In this document: positions 43,687 through 53,156 of the stretch, piece by piece | Layout: each line of letters starts with the position of its first letter | Numbering within the stretch: the first letter of the stretch is position 1 | Assembly (NCBI GenBank): GCA_047601445.1 | Contig: JASGJH010000001.1 | Span: 3,776,001-3,840,000, forward strand | Length of the DNA: 64,000 nt | From: Myxococcales bacterium | GTDB taxonomy: Bacteria > Myxococcota_A > Polyangia > Polyangiales > DASUME01 | Reading direction: 5' to 3' | The notes under the pieces: generated by a model | The model's input: the letters and a program-made list of their open reading frames with translations, nothing else | Databases searched by the model: none | What the model was told of the DNA's origin: nothing | Program-made: the position numbers and the translations under genes

Positions 43687-44754
43687 CTAAAAAGCCGCCG
43701 CGCAGCCCAGCCCCAGCGTGCCGGGTCCGGCCTGACAAGCCCAGGAGCGCGCGGTGCGCACCTCCTTGGCTGGCGGTGTCCGTGAGGGGGCCACGAGCGC
43801 GACGATCAGGCCCGTGATCAGCGCGGCGCCGCCGAGGCTGTAGAAGCCGATCGCCAAGCGCTCGAAGTTCTCCATCCGCTCGCGTTCGTGATGACACACC
43901 GATCCGCGCGAGGTGCCGCTGCCATCGCAGCTGCCGGAGTTCCACGCGCGGGCCATCTCCTGACGCTCGAAGTTCGCATAACCAGCCACGCCCACCGAGG
44001 CCGCCCCCAGCAGCAGCATGGTCCCAGCTCCCCAATAGTAGGCGCGGGCCCCGCTGGCGCTGGAAGGCGCAGGCAACGAAGCAGCCGCCACCGCTGTGGG
44101 CTTCGGTGTGGGCGGCTCGAGACGGGCGGGTTGCACGTCGGTGCCATTTTCCCAGATGCGGTTGGCGTTCTCGTCGAGCACGGCCACCGTGTAGAGAAGC
44201 GCGCCGGACTCGGCGGCCGCCAGTGGGATCTGCATGCGGGCGCTGGGTTCCAGGACTTGCTCGACGAAGCTCGGCTGAGTTTCGAAGCGTGCGCGCACGA
44301 TCACGCGCGAGGCGAGCTGGGCCGGGTCGTCGAAGGACAAGGAAAGCGTCTTGCCGTCCGGTGCGAGCTCCGCAGAGACCGCGAAGGGCTGCGGATGCTG
44401 CGACCAAAAGCCACGGGCCTCCATGAACAAGCTGCGCACCCGCACCGCCTCCGACGGCGCGAGCTTCAGGCTGGGGTCCACCGCCAGCGCACGCACGAAC
44501 GCGCCCTGCGCCTCTTCGCCCGCACCGAGCTGAGCCTTGGCGATTCCCAGGGCTCGGTAGAGCGAGGCCAGCTCGGAGCGCGTGAGCCCGCCCTGCGCGA
44601 CGGAATCCGCCGCGAGGCGCGCCGCTTCATCGAAGGCGCCTTGCTCCAGTGCGCGCTCGGCGGCCTCGCTTGCCGGCGCCTGCGCGACGACGGGAGCGAT
44701 CCACGTCACCGCCAAACAAAACCACAAAACCGCGGTCTTCTTGTCGCGTGTCAT
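43687..44754 (-). CDS. Secreted TPR-containing protein with C-terminal hydrophobic helices
   Basis: Signal peptide, LYRALGIAKAQLG...FVRALAVDP TPR; typical partner of myxobacterial kinases. Confidence 0.75.
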   Translation of the reverse strand: MTRDKKTAVLWFCLAVTWIAPVVAQAPASEAAERALEQGAFDEAARLAADSVAQGGLTRSELASLYRALGIAKAQLGAGEEAQGAFVRALAVDPSLKLAPSEAVRVRSLFMEARGFWSQHPQPFAVSAELAPDGKTLSLSFDDPAQLASRVIVRARFETQPSFVEQVLEPSARMQIPLAAAESGALLYTVAVLDENANRIWENGTDVQPARLEPPTPKPTAVAAASLPAPSSASGARAYYWGAGTMLLLGAASVGVAGYANFERQEMARAWNSGSCDGSGTSRGSVCHHERERMENFERLAIGFYSLGGAALITGLIVALVAPSRTPPAKEVRTARSWACQAGPGTLGLGCAAAF

Positions 44755-44758
44755 CCTG

Positions 44759-46570
44759 CTACTCGAGGGCGATGCGCCGCGTCACGCTCTGTCCTTCAGG
44801 AATCTCCACCTCGTACGTGGTGACGATGCCGCGTTCGGGGTTGCGCAGGCTGAGCGTGTGCGTGCTGGCTGGGAGTTCGACGTCGATCGGCGTGATACCG
44901 AGCCGACGCCCGTTCAAACTGACGACTGCGTAGGGCGAGCTATCGAGCCTCAAACGGCCGGTCGCGACCTTGCGTTCTGCCGCAGCGGAGGCGGGCGCAG
45001 CTTCGGCCGGCATGCGTGCTTCCGGCACGGGCACCACCGGCGCGCTGGCGTTCGCCTTCAGCGCGTTCGCATCGGTGGGCTGCAGCTCCGGCGCAGGCAC
45101 ACGCGTCGCGCGACGCGGACGCTTGGAGGCCACCGACGACGCCACCTCGGGTGACTGCACCCGGTCCGCGGAGGGCCTTGGCGCGGGGCGCGCAGTCACG
45201 GCGTGGTTGGGTTGGGACGCCGCCACGGGGAGCTGCTGCTCCGCAGCCATCGCCGCGCCCAAGTTGCTCGGGCTCGGCGCCATCTCAGCGCGTTCGGTGG
45301 GCCCCTGAACCCGCACGGCGGACTCAGCAAAAGCCTTGGAGCCGTCGTCGCGTCCGACCCAGATTGCCACCGAAGCAGCCACCGCGACGGCGCCCATGAT
45401 CGCAGCCAGCTTGAGGCGCTGCTGCTTGGGCTCGGCGCGGCTTATCGAGACGGCTTCGAGGCTCGAGCGCATGGCTTCGACCGGCATCGCCGACTGTCTG
45501 AGCTCACGCTCGGCGTCGAGCTGAGCAATGCACGCGCGCAGTGTCGCCTGCCGTTCGCGAATGGCATCCGCGAACAGACTCTGCATGGTATCGGCCAGCG
45601 AGGGCACGCCGCGGTCCAGTCCCGCAACCGCCTGCTCGGCGAGCCAGCCATCGATGGCGGCCTTCATCTCGAGCGCGCTGTCGTAGCGGTCGTGGGGTTC
45701 GCGCTGGAGGGCCCCTCGCACGATGTGCACCAGACCCGGGGGCACATGCGGATCGAGCTCGCCGAGCATCGGCAGCTCCTCGATCAACACGGCCCGCAGC
45801 ACCTCGACGTCGTCGCCGCGGAAGAGGCGCGTGCCGGAGAGGGCTTCCCAGAGCGTCGTGCCCATGCTCCAGAGATCGGCGCGCCGATCGACCGGCTGAC
45901 CGCGCGCGGCCTCGGGAGCGATGTAGCTCAGCTTGCCGCGGATCAGCCCGGGTCGCGTGAATGCCTGCGAGTTGGAGGCCTTGGCGATGCCGAAGTCGAG
46001 CACCTTGAGTTGCCCGGCCAGGGTCACGAACAGGTTGTGCGGTGAGATGTCGCGATGGACGATGTTGAGGGGCGTGCCGTCGAAGTCCGCGGCCTCGTGG
46101 GCGTAGTGCAGTCCATCGAGAGCCTGGGAGATCAGCTGAGCCGCCAACACCGGATGAAGACGCGCGTTGCGCTCGTGCAAGCGACGCAGGATGCGCTGGA
46201 GCGACTGCCCCTCGAGGTACTCCATGGCCATGAAATGACGACCGTCGGCGAACCCGACCTTGTGCGTCTGCACCACGTTCGGGTGATGCAGGCGTGCGGC
46301 CAGGCGCGCCTCGTGCTGAAACATCTGCACGACGTCGCCGTCTTCATGGAGGTGAGTGTGCAAGCGCTTGATCGCGACGAGTTTGCGAAAGTCATTCGGC
46401 CCCTGTGAAAGGCCGAGGATCACTTCCGCCATTCCGCCCTGACCGAGACGAGCTACCATCACGTACTCGTCGAAATATTCGATGGGCACGAGGGAGAGAG
46501 TCGCGCTGGTGCCCGTAGACGACGTCGCATCGGTACCGGCGACGGCCAACTTGCTCGCCTGGTGGGTCAT
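44759..46570 (-). CDS. Hanks-type Ser/Thr protein kinase with TM helix and PEGA domain
   Basis: LGQGGMAEV, VAIK, HRDISPHN, DFG, APE; C-terminal LDSSPYAVV...GITP PEGA. Confidence 0.95.
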   Translation of the reverse strand: MTHQASKLAVAGTDATSSTGTSATLSLVPIEYFDEYVMVARLGQGGMAEVILGLSQGPNDFRKLVAIKRLHTHLHEDGDVVQMFQHEARLAARLHHPNVVQTHKVGFADGRHFMAMEYLEGQSLQRILRRLHERNARLHPVLAAQLISQALDGLHYAHEAADFDGTPLNIVHRDISPHNLFVTLAGQLKVLDFGIAKASNSQAFTRPGLIRGKLSYIAPEAARGQPVDRRADLWSMGTTLWEALSGTRLFRGDDVEVLRAVLIEELPMLGELDPHVPPGLVHIVRGALQREPHDRYDSALEMKAAIDGWLAEQAVAGLDRGVPSLADTMQSLFADAIRERQATLRACIAQLDAERELRQSAMPVEAMRSSLEAVSISRAEPKQQRLKLAAIMGAVAVAASVAIWVGRDDGSKAFAESAVRVQGPTERAEMAPSPSNLGAAMAAEQQLPVAASQPNHAVTARPAPRPSADRVQSPEVASSVASKRPRRATRVPAPELQPTDANALKANASAPVVPVPEARMPAEAAPASAAAERKVATGRLRLDSSPYAVVSLNGRRLGITPIDVELPASTHTLSLRNPERGIVTTYEVEIPEGQSVTRRIALE

Positions 46571-46814
46571 GGTCCGTCCTTCTTCTGTGACAGACCACTA
46601 TTCCTGCGCACCGCGAGGTCGGCAATAGGCGGCGAGCTCAACGCGCGGAATGTTCACGCGAAGCTGCACTTGCTGCAGATCGCGCACGGAGTCGTCACGC
46701 GTCCGTCGCAGTACTGTCGCATTGCGCTTCGACACCCGTTCATGTGAGAGCGCAGCGCGCCGCGGCTCCCCCCTGGGAACGGGGGCCGCAGGCTCAATTG
46801 CGCTGGGGAGTCCG

Positions 46815-47135
46815 CTACATGCCCGCGAGTGCGAGCACGGCACTGCGGCTGCCGGCACCCAACCGACGCCCTACCTCGCGCCCTCCCCGGAACATGACCA
46901 ACGTGGGTGCCCCGCGAACGCCGAGCTGAGTGGTGAGCGCGGGGCAGGCCTCGATGTCGATCTTGCCGACCTTGAGCGCGCCGACCTTCTCGCGGGCCAG
47001 GCTGTCGAGGAGGGGCTCCATGGCCTTGCAGGGGCCACACCAGGGGGCGTGAAACTCCAGTAGGAACGGGGTCTCGGAGGCGAGCACCTCGCGCTCGAAA
47101 TTGAGCTCGTTGATCTCCTGCACATGCGCTGACAT
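46815..47135 (-). CDS. Thioredoxin
   Basis: FHAPWCGPCK active site, GVRGAPTL; AAAGGA RBS before ATG 47135. Confidence 0.93.
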   Translation of the reverse strand: MSAHVQEINELNFEREVLASETPFLLEFHAPWCGPCKAMEPLLDSLAREKVGALKVGKIDIEACPALTTQLGVRGAPTLVMFRGGREVGRRLGAGSRSAVLALAGM

Positions 47136-47171
47136 CGATGGTCCTTTCGACGCGCTGGGCGTCTCATCCCC

Positions 47172-47197
47172 TAGGTGCCAACCCACCGAGTTCTTAC
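47172..47197 (-). promoter_or_regulatory. Putative ECF promoter GTAAGA-N14-CACCTA facing thioredoxin
   Basis: Minus strand reads GTAAGA actcggtgggttgg CACCTA. Confidence 0.7.
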
Positions 47198-47222
47198 GAA
47201 AAATCACCATGCACGATTTCTT

Positions 47223-47248
47223 GTAAGATCCGCCTTCGCCGACACCTA
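47223..47248 (+). promoter_or_regulatory. Putative autoregulatory ECF promoter GTAAGA-N14-CACCTA
   Basis: Plus strand reads GTAAGA tccgccttcgccga CACCTA. Confidence 0.7.
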
Positions 47249-47269
47249 TCGTCGTGCGCCGTGCCCGCC

Positions 47270-47788
47270 ATGCCCTCCGATCGACTCGAGCAACTGAGCC
47301 TCCTCGTGCGCGCCGAACGCGGCGCCCTCAGCGCGGTGGCGCGCGCCGAGGGCATGTCCCCCGAGGAAGCCCTCGAATGCGTCCAAGAGGCCTTGTCGAC
47401 CTTCCTCAGCCGTCCGGAGCCGATCGCCGACGAACACATGGTGGCGAGCCTCAAGACCATCGTGCGCAACGCGGCCCGCAACGCCCGCCGCAAGCACGCG
47501 CGACTCAAGCAGCACGTGCCACTCGAGGGCCCCGGCGAGCCCGTGGCCGAGCGCGCCGACGTGGAAGACTTGGTGAGCCACGCCGAAGAGGTCGTGCGTC
47601 TGCGACTGTGCGTGGCCGAGCTCTGCGATATCCAGCGCGCCGTGGTTACTCTGCGCTTGCTGGAGGAGCGCTCGGGAGAGGACGTGGCGGAGCTGCTCGG
47701 GGTCTCGCGCAACTACGTCGACGTGTTGGTTCACCGGGCCCGCTCGGCCCTCCACGTCTGCATGCGAGTCCCCCAGCTCAAGCCCTGA
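47270..47788 (+). CDS. ECF RNA polymerase sigma factor
   Basis: Region 2 EEALECVQEA...IVRNAARNARR; region 4 QRAVVTLRLLEERSGEDVAELLGVSRNYVDVLVHRAR. Confidence 0.88.
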   Translation: MPSDRLEQLSLLVRAERGALSAVARAEGMSPEEALECVQEALSTFLSRPEPIADEHMVASLKTIVRNAARNARRKHARLKQHVPLEGPGEPVAERADVEDLVSHAEEVVRLRLCVAELCDIQRAVVTLRLLEERSGEDVAELLGVSRNYVDVLVHRARSALHVCMRVPQLKP

Positions 47789-47879
47789 TTTGAGGCTTCT
47801 CACGCATCTCCGGAGCCGCCGGGAGGCCCCCTGACGAGCGCGCTGTTTTCGGCAGCGGGGCGCGCTGTTCTTTGCGCTA

Positions 47880-49196
47880 GTGCACCCGGCGCGTCCTGGG
47901 CAGAACAGCATGCATACCCGCATGAGCAGCCGAATCCAGACCGCGTCGATCTCGAGTGGACTCGCTGCGCAAGGCGGCGGCGGCTCGCCGAAGCTGCAGC
48001 GTATCGAGCAGGTGCAAGACCGGCTCATCCGCAACGGCCTGGTCACGCTCGGCTACCACGATCTTTCGAAGCGCCTGCGGGCCGCCCTGCGCCGCGAGGA
48101 CGCCAACTGGGCGACCTTCGCGACCTGGACCTCACGGGCGGCCGGCAACTTCATCCGGGGCGACCGCATCCCGGTGCTGGTGCACTCCATTCTGCAGAGC
48201 TCCCAGCGCAACGAAGGTGGGCAGGCGCTCGCCCCCCTGGGAAAGGTGGCGGCCCTACCGGCCCTGCCGAAGCGCAAGGTGGGGCTGCTCTCGGGCCGCG
48301 TGCTCGAGACTGTCTCGGACGTGTTTGCCGAGGCCAACTGGGAGATCTACCGCGAGCTCTCGCCGGTGCTCGACGCGTTCGCGGTTTGGCTCGGTGGGCT
48401 CGCTCGTCCCGACGATGCGGCCCTGCTGCGCTTTTGTGGGCGCCTCGACGGGAGCCCGAGTCGACTCGGTGGCCAAGACCTGCTCGCGCGCGCCTTGCGC
48501 TGCTACCACGCCGCGCGCTTCGAGCGCGAACGCCAGCGCTCGGCCCAGCTGGTGTTGGAGGGCAACATCCTGATCGCCTGGCACGAGCAGTTTCGGCTGC
48601 GCCCCAAGCTGACCATATTGCTCGACGCCCCGGTGGCCGACGTGCTGCACGTCACCGAGCTGGTGGCCGGAACACGGCTGCGCGAGAGCTGGCGCTACCT
48701 GGTCACGCGCACGATGCTCACCTCGTACGTCCCCGAGGCGCGCAGGCTGCCCGTGGGTCCCCGGACTCAGAAGTGCGTCGCCCAATGCCCGCTGCCACTC
48801 GACGCGCTCGAGTCCGAGTTCGACCCGCTCGACACCGCCATGGCCACGACACTGGCCCAAGCCCGTGAGCTCTCGCAGACCTATGCGGACCTGCGCGAGC
48901 GCATGCGGCACACCGCCCAGTGGTACTGGGAGAATCAGCATACCGAAGCTTTGTTTCGTCCTCCTTTCGTGGGTCGCCGCAACGCGCGTTTAATCGCCTT
49001 TTTGGAGGAAGAAGCCCCAGACCTCGCGCCGCATGCGCGCGCCCACAGGGCCCGAGCGGGCCTGGGTGCGAAGCTCGGACAGCGCTACCTGAGCCTCGGC
49101 GTCTCCCCCAGCGACCCCATGCTCGAGGCGGCCCTCGCCATGAGCAGCCCCCGCGTCGCCAACTCCGTTACCCAACGCGATCGGAGGGCGGGTTAG
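47880..49196 (+). CDS. Conserved-looking hypothetical protein
   Basis: TLGYHDLS, ANWATFATWTSRAAG..IRG, GNILIAWHEQFRL motifs; start uncertain. Confidence 0.7.
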   Translation: MHPARPGQNSMHTRMSSRIQTASISSGLAAQGGGGSPKLQRIEQVQDRLIRNGLVTLGYHDLSKRLRAALRREDANWATFATWTSRAAGNFIRGDRIPVLVHSILQSSQRNEGGQALAPLGKVAALPALPKRKVGLLSGRVLETVSDVFAEANWEIYRELSPVLDAFAVWLGGLARPDDAALLRFCGRLDGSPSRLGGQDLLARALRCYHAARFERERQRSAQLVLEGNILIAWHEQFRLRPKLTILLDAPVADVLHVTELVAGTRLRESWRYLVTRTMLTSYVPEARRLPVGPRTQKCVAQCPLPLDALESEFDPLDTAMATTLAQARELSQTYADLRERMRHTAQWYWENQHTEALFRPPFVGRRNARLIAFLEEEAPDLAPHARAHRARAGLGAKLGQRYLSLGVSPSDPMLEAALAMSSPRVANSVTQRDRRAG

Positions 49197-49216
49197 ACTC
49201 TCGGCCGGAGAGCCCT

Positions 49217-50185
49217 TTGCAGGTACCCAAGCGCAACTCGAAGCGGGCCAGCCCCAAGCCCGCGCAGCCGGCCCGCCCGCATCCGCCCCACAAGATCGAC
49301 CCGCCGCGCATCTTCATGTACGTGGACGCCGTCGCGCGCCATGGCTCCATCCGCAAGGCCGCCGAATCCCTGCACGTCGTCTCCTCGGCGCTCAATCGCA
49401 GGATCCTCGACCTCGAGCAGGAGCTCGGCACCGATCTGTTCGAGCGCCTGCCCCGCGGCGTCCGCCCCACGGAGGCAGGTGAGCTGTTCTTGGCCTACGT
49501 GCGGCGCTCCATGCGCGACCTCGACGTGGTTGGAAACCAGATCCAGGGTCTCACGGGCTTGGTCCGCGGACGCGTGCGGGTGGCGGTCGCCGAGTCGGTC
49601 ACGGCCCACTTGCTGCCCGCGGCCGTGGCCAAGTTCCAGGAACGCCACCCGGGCGTGGCCTTCCATGCCTGGGTCGACGGCCCCAAGCGCTTGAACGAAG
49701 CCCTGCTCGCGGACAGCGCCGATCTCATTCTCACTCACGAGATCGCGGATCATCCCGACGTCAGCTTGCTCGCCTCGGTCACCCAGCCCCTGTGCGCGCT
49801 GGTGGCGCCTGATCATCCCCTCGCCAAGCGCAAGAGCGTGCGCATCGGAGCCTGCGTGGCCTATCCCGTGGCACTCCCGGATGAGTCCTTGGCCGCGCGC
49901 GCCCTGATCGACCGCGTCCTGTTGCGCGCCGGACTGCGCATCGAGCCGACCATGGTGTCGAACTCGGTCGAGCTCACCAAGACCTACGCGCGCTGGAACC
50001 ACGCGGTGTGCTTCTCCTTCCGGGTGGGAGGCCAGGTCGATCCTTCGGGTTTGGTCGAGGTTCCCCTGAGCGATCCCGAGCTGAGCCACGCACGCTTGTT
50101 CCTCGCGGCGCGCCGCGGCAGGGTGCTGCCCTCGGTGGCCGCCGCCTTCGCGCAGCAGCTCGTCCAACAGTTCGAGTCGACCTAG
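49217..50185 (+). CDS. LysR-family transcriptional regulator
   Basis: ARHGSIRKAAESLHVVSSALNRRILDLEQELGTDLFERLPRGVRPTEAGE; TTG 49217 follows a GGAGAG RBS (start inferred). Confidence 0.93.
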   Translation: MQVPKRNSKRASPKPAQPARPHPPHKIDPPRIFMYVDAVARHGSIRKAAESLHVVSSALNRRILDLEQELGTDLFERLPRGVRPTEAGELFLAYVRRSMRDLDVVGNQIQGLTGLVRGRVRVAVAESVTAHLLPAAVAKFQERHPGVAFHAWVDGPKRLNEALLADSADLILTHEIADHPDVSLLASVTQPLCALVAPDHPLAKRKSVRIGACVAYPVALPDESLAARALIDRVLLRAGLRIEPTMVSNSVELTKTYARWNHAVCFSFRVGGQVDPSGLVEVPLSDPELSHARLFLAARRGRVLPSVAAAFAQQLVQQFEST

Positions 50186-50197
50186 AGAGAGGGTCCC

Positions 50198-50836
50198 ACG
50201 CGAGTCGTCATCTTCGGTAGTTCGGGCATGGTTGGGCAGGGAGCGCTGCGCGAGGCCCTGCTCGATGCGAGGGTCAGCCAGGTGATCACCGTGGTGCGCG
50301 GCCCGTCGGGGCAGAGCCACCCGAAGCTGCGCGAGATCGTGCACCGCGATTTCACGCGACTCGAGGGCTTGGACCTGCGCTGCGATGCCTGCTTCTTCGC
50401 CATCGGCGTGACCTCCGCCGGCATGAGCGAAGAGGACTACACCAAGGTCACGTACGACACCGCCATGGCAGCAGCCAAGGCCGTGCTGTCGCCGACGACC
50501 ACCTTTGTCTTCGTATCGGGCGCGGGGGCCGACGGCGACAGCATGTGGGCGCGTGTGAAGCGGCGCGCCGAGCAGGACCTGAGCGCGTTGCCCTTCAAGG
50601 CCGTCTACGTCTTTCGCCCTGCGTTCATCAGGCCCATGCACGGCATCAAGTCGCGCACGCCCATGTACAACACCCTGTACGCGCTGCTGTTCCCGTTGAC
50701 CTACCTGGTGCCGAGCCGCGTCAAGTCCACCACCGAGAATCTCGGTCGCGCGATGCTGAACGTGGCCGCGAACGGCTTCGAGAAGCCGCTGCTGAACAGC
50801 CCGGAGATCAACCAGGCTGCTGCCAGTCCGGCGTGA
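50198..50836 (+). CDS. NAD(P)-binding epimerase/dehydratase-like (atypical SDR) protein; apparent ACG start
   Basis: (T)RVVIFGSSGMVGQG Rossmann strand upstream of ATG 50228; DACFFAIGVTSAG, MWARVK, FRPAFI. Confidence 0.8.
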   Translation, partial: TRVVIFGSSGMVGQGALREALLDARVSQVITVVRGPSGQSHPKLREIVHRDFTRLEGLDLRCDACFFAIGVTSAGMSEEDYTKVTYDTAMAAAKAVLSPTTTFVFVSGAGADGDSMWARVKRRAEQDLSALPFKAVYVFRPAFIRPMHGIKSRTPMYNTLYALLFPLTYLVPSRVKSTTENLGRAMLNVAANGFEKPLLNSPEINQAAASPA

Positions 50837-51227
50837 GCTAGAGCGACACCCCACGTCGCCCAAAGCGGAGCTGGCGCACGAGTGCGACAAAGCGATCATG
50901 AGCACGCTGGTCCTGTTGCCTCCGCGCCACTACGTGCCCGTCCGCAAAACCGAACGCCCTGATTGCTCGGGGTGAGCGCCAGCACGCTCGGCGAAGACTT
51001 CAGCGCGTTCACCCTGCATTGCACGAACGCGTGCCTGACACGGAGATTCCAGCGTTTGCGCAGCGATCGCCGACCGGACCGGAGCCCCCTTGGCCCCTGA
51101 TGTGCTCGGGTGTGCACGCTGCCCGCCCATGGATTGGTGCGCTTCCTGCAGAGCCCCCAACGCGACGTTCGGAGCCCCTGACCTTGTGCCACTCCGCGCC
51201 GATCACCCCGTGAGGAGCCCTGCCGCC

Positions 51228-52064
51228 ATGACAATCCGTCACGCCCCGCTCGCCGCTCTGTTGTGCTGCGCCGTGGCCTTCGCTTGCGGAGACGACGAGC
51301 ACGGCAACGCCGGCGGCGCGGACTCCGGTGTGCCGAGCGAAGACGCCGCTGCCGACGCGAGAGCCCCGGAACAGGGCCCCCATGATGCGAGCGCCGACAC
51401 GGGAGGGGACGACGTCGTGCCCGCACAGCCCAAGGCGCGGCGCGGCCGGATGGACCACGTGGACACGCCTCCGCTCCACGAGGTACCCCAGGCCTGCGAG
51501 CTTCTCGAAGCGTGCGATGACGGTCGCGCCCTGGTCGGTAAGATCGACAAGAACTCGATCGTCTGGGAGTCCCCGAACATCGTCTTCTTCCTCGACGCCT
51601 ACGTGATCACGGCCAAACGCAGCGGCTCGCTGAGCGTCGCCTCCAGCGTGCAAGCCATCGGCGACGCCTACGAGTACGGCTACGGCTATCCGCTCAGCGC
51701 CCAGGCCGTCGCCAGCACCGAAGGCTTGCCGACCCTCAGCTCCAAGCTGCCGCTGGTGGTCAGCACGGACAGCTACGAGACCGCCCTCGACGACGGCAAG
51801 GCCAGCATCAGCTTCCACGTCGACGCCGGACAGCAGTACCTGGTGATCTTCAAACAGCTGGTGGGCCCGTCGCGCGACACGAACCGGGCCTGGAACTACA
51901 CGCTGAGCTTCTGCGGCGCCGACTTGTCCATGGTGGGTCGCCTGTGGGTGACCTCGGACCAACAGGACACGGTGCCAGTGGAACCGCTGGTAGAGCCACT
52001 CTCCGAGGCGAGTGCGCCCGGAACCATGGGGCGCTTGGTAGAGGAGCTGGAAGTCTCGCCCTAG
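51228..52064 (+). CDS. Hypothetical lipoprotein (beta-rich C-terminal domain)
   Basis: GAGGAG RBS, lipobox AFAC, acidic DAG-type linker. Confidence 0.75.
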   Translation: MTIRHAPLAALLCCAVAFACGDDEHGNAGGADSGVPSEDAAADARAPEQGPHDASADTGGDDVVPAQPKARRGRMDHVDTPPLHEVPQACELLEACDDGRALVGKIDKNSIVWESPNIVFFLDAYVITAKRSGSLSVASSVQAIGDAYEYGYGYPLSAQAVASTEGLPTLSSKLPLVVSTDSYETALDDGKASISFHVDAGQQYLVIFKQLVGPSRDTNRAWNYTLSFCGADLSMVGRLWVTSDQQDTVPVEPLVEPLSEASAPGTMGRLVEELEVSP

Positions 52065-52079
52065 CGCCCGCGCCCGCCC

Positions 52080-53156
52080 TCACCGAACCGCGCGCACGCT
52101 CAAGATGGCTTGCTGCACGCGAGGCCAGCCGAGCGCACCGTGCGTACAAACCGCGTGGGGCTCCACCAGCCGGCGCGCGTCGTCGACAGCGTTGAAGAAG
52201 CCCATGGCGCAGCTCTGGTGCACGCGCGCCAGGTTGCACACGGCATTGATGGTCGAGACCAGAATCTCCGGGGCTCCGATGTTCTCGATCAGGTCGGCCA
52301 CGGCCACCACGTCCAGACGAGTCGCCTTGACCTCCTCGAGCAGCACCTTGCGCTCGCGGGCGTTGGGGAACGCCACGTCGGCTTCGGCGTCATTGATTAA
52401 CACCACGGGGCGAGCGAGCCTTCGCGCAGCGCGCGTGATGTAGCCCCCGAGGTCGACGGCGGTGCGCTCGTGCATGCGCGCGCGCCATCGCGTGATCAGC
52501 ACATTGCCCACACGAGCGTGTACGTACTCGGGGCCGCTGTGATAGTGCACGAGCTGCCCCGCATCGGCGGCGAGCTCGAGCTCTTCCGAGATGGGCCCCT
52601 GGCCGACCGCACGGGGCGGCGCGATCTCGCGCCTCGGGACGCCGACCAAGTTCACGCGTCGCTGGATGCGCAGCAAATCGCGCAGGGCGGATCGATAGCG
52701 CGAATAGGTCGTGGGCTCCGGCTCCCCCACCACGGACGCCACCACGCGCATGGGCATCTCCCCGCTGCCGTAGAGCGAGAGCAGATCAACCTGCTCTTCC
52801 CCGAGTTCGCTGAGGGCCGCGTCGCTCTCGGCTTCCTCGTCCTGGCGGCGCAGCTGCTCCAGCTGTGGTGGTTCCGAAGGCACGAGCGGCTCGATCTCGC
52901 CATCGACCAGGATGAGACGCTCGTGCTGGCGGCGCTCCCGCGCAGCGATGCGACGGCAGACTTCGCGCAGCCAGGCGAGACGCGCACGGTCATCCGCGAA
53001 GCTCGGGGCCTGATCGAGCGCCAACATCCACACTTGTTGGCTCAAATCGTCGAGGCTCGCGTGCGGCGCACCGAAGCGCCGCAACTGCCAGCGCACGAAG
53101 TTGCGATGCACGAAGAGTCCAGGGTCTTGCTGGTCGATCGCTCGCGGTAACGGCAT
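52080..53156 (-). CDS. ECF sigma factor with ~170-aa C-terminal extension (STAS/SEC14-like)
   Basis: FVRWQLRRFG..SLDDLSQQVW..WLREVCRRIA; region 4 VASVVGEPEPTTYSRYRSA; C-terminal alpha/beta domain ending FFNAVDDARRLV. Confidence 0.75.
   Translation of the reverse strand: MPLPRAIDQQDPGLFVHRNFVRWQLRRFGAPHASLDDLSQQVWMLALDQAPSFADDRARLAWLREVCRRIAARERRQHERLILVDGEIEPLVPSEPPQLEQLRRQDEEAESDAALSELGEEQVDLLSLYGSGEMPMRVVASVVGEPEPTTYSRYRSALRDLLRIQRRVNLVGVPRREIAPPRAVGQGPISEELELAADAGQLVHYHSGPEYVHARVGNVLITRWRARMHERTAVDLGGYITRAARRLARPVVLINDAEADVAFPNARERKVLLEEVKATRLDVVAVADLIENIGAPEILVSTINAVCNLARVHQSCAMGFFNAVDDARRLVEPHAVCTHGALGWPRVQQAILSVRAVR

Noticed and set aside
46750..46806. GC-rich hairpin after the thioredoxin stop
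   Set aside because: Single copy with no U-tract; probably an ordinary 3' stem-loop
50900..50970. c-di-GMP-I riboswitch-like CGCAAAACC
   Set aside because: No upstream GNRA hairpin or GGCAAA element
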